From the IMG/VR virus record IMGVR_UViG_3300022602_000028: a stretch of DNA of 64,000 nucleotides; one strand, 5' to 3'. A program made the position numbers and the translations under genes. This stretch comes from a virus. Position 1 is the stretch's first letter, and the number at the start of each line of letters is the position of its first letter. Shown piece by piece: positions 63,969 to 64,000 of the stretch. The notes below the pieces were generated by a model. It was given only the letters and a program-made list of their open reading frames with translations, was not told the DNA's origin and made no database searches.

Positions 63969-64000
63969 GGGATCAGTTTGCGCGAGCCAGTTCTTCGAAG

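Noticed and set aside
1-64000. Stop-codon reassignment, as in some large phages
   Set aside because: Core genes (sheath, terminase, UvsX, UvsW, DnaB) are full length in code 11 and tightly packed; the short DnaE ORF ends in TAG overlapping a convergent gene, with no downstream DnaE motifs seen.
1-64000. tRNA or rRNA genes
   Set aside because: No intergenic stretch shows a cloverleaf with a GTTCGA T-loop and acceptor stem; the TTCGAA near 63900 lacks tRNA context.

Overview
A 64-kb, AT-rich segment of a large T4-superfamily myophage genome, in standard genetic code with no tRNA, rRNA, CRISPR, intein or integrase detected. Layout: tail fibre/adhesin genes (1-6.4 kb); an enzyme cassette of 2OG-Fe(II) oxygenases, SGNH hydrolase, GT9-like glycosyltransferase, carbamoyltransferase and GmhB-like HAD (6.5-13 kb); more fibre-like structural genes (13-20 kb); neck/tail core (gp15, gp14, gp13, sheath, tube), head-completion nuclease, terminase and probable internal head proteins (20-39 kb); recombination/replication genes (gp32, UvsX, UvsY, UvsW, a 190-aa DnaE-like polymerase core, primase, DnaB/gp41) at 39-53.5 kb; a second oxygenase/SGNH cassette (54-56.4 kb); an unusual structured non-coding junction (58.2-60 kb); and a minus-strand early region with nine consensus sigma70 promoters (61-64 kb). 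Most notable: (1) ten genes have a T4-type late promoter core TAA(A/G)TA exactly 4-5 nt before the ATG with no Shine-Dalgarno, implying a leaderless late regulon, whereas early genes use strong GGAG SDs; (2) two paralogous adhesin-like proteins with about 9% Cys sit beside a partly late-expressed modification cassette; (3) a minimal family-C polymerase; (4) GNA-triloop mini-hairpins and A-tract elements at the late/early junction. Product calls come from motif recognition only; no database search was run.
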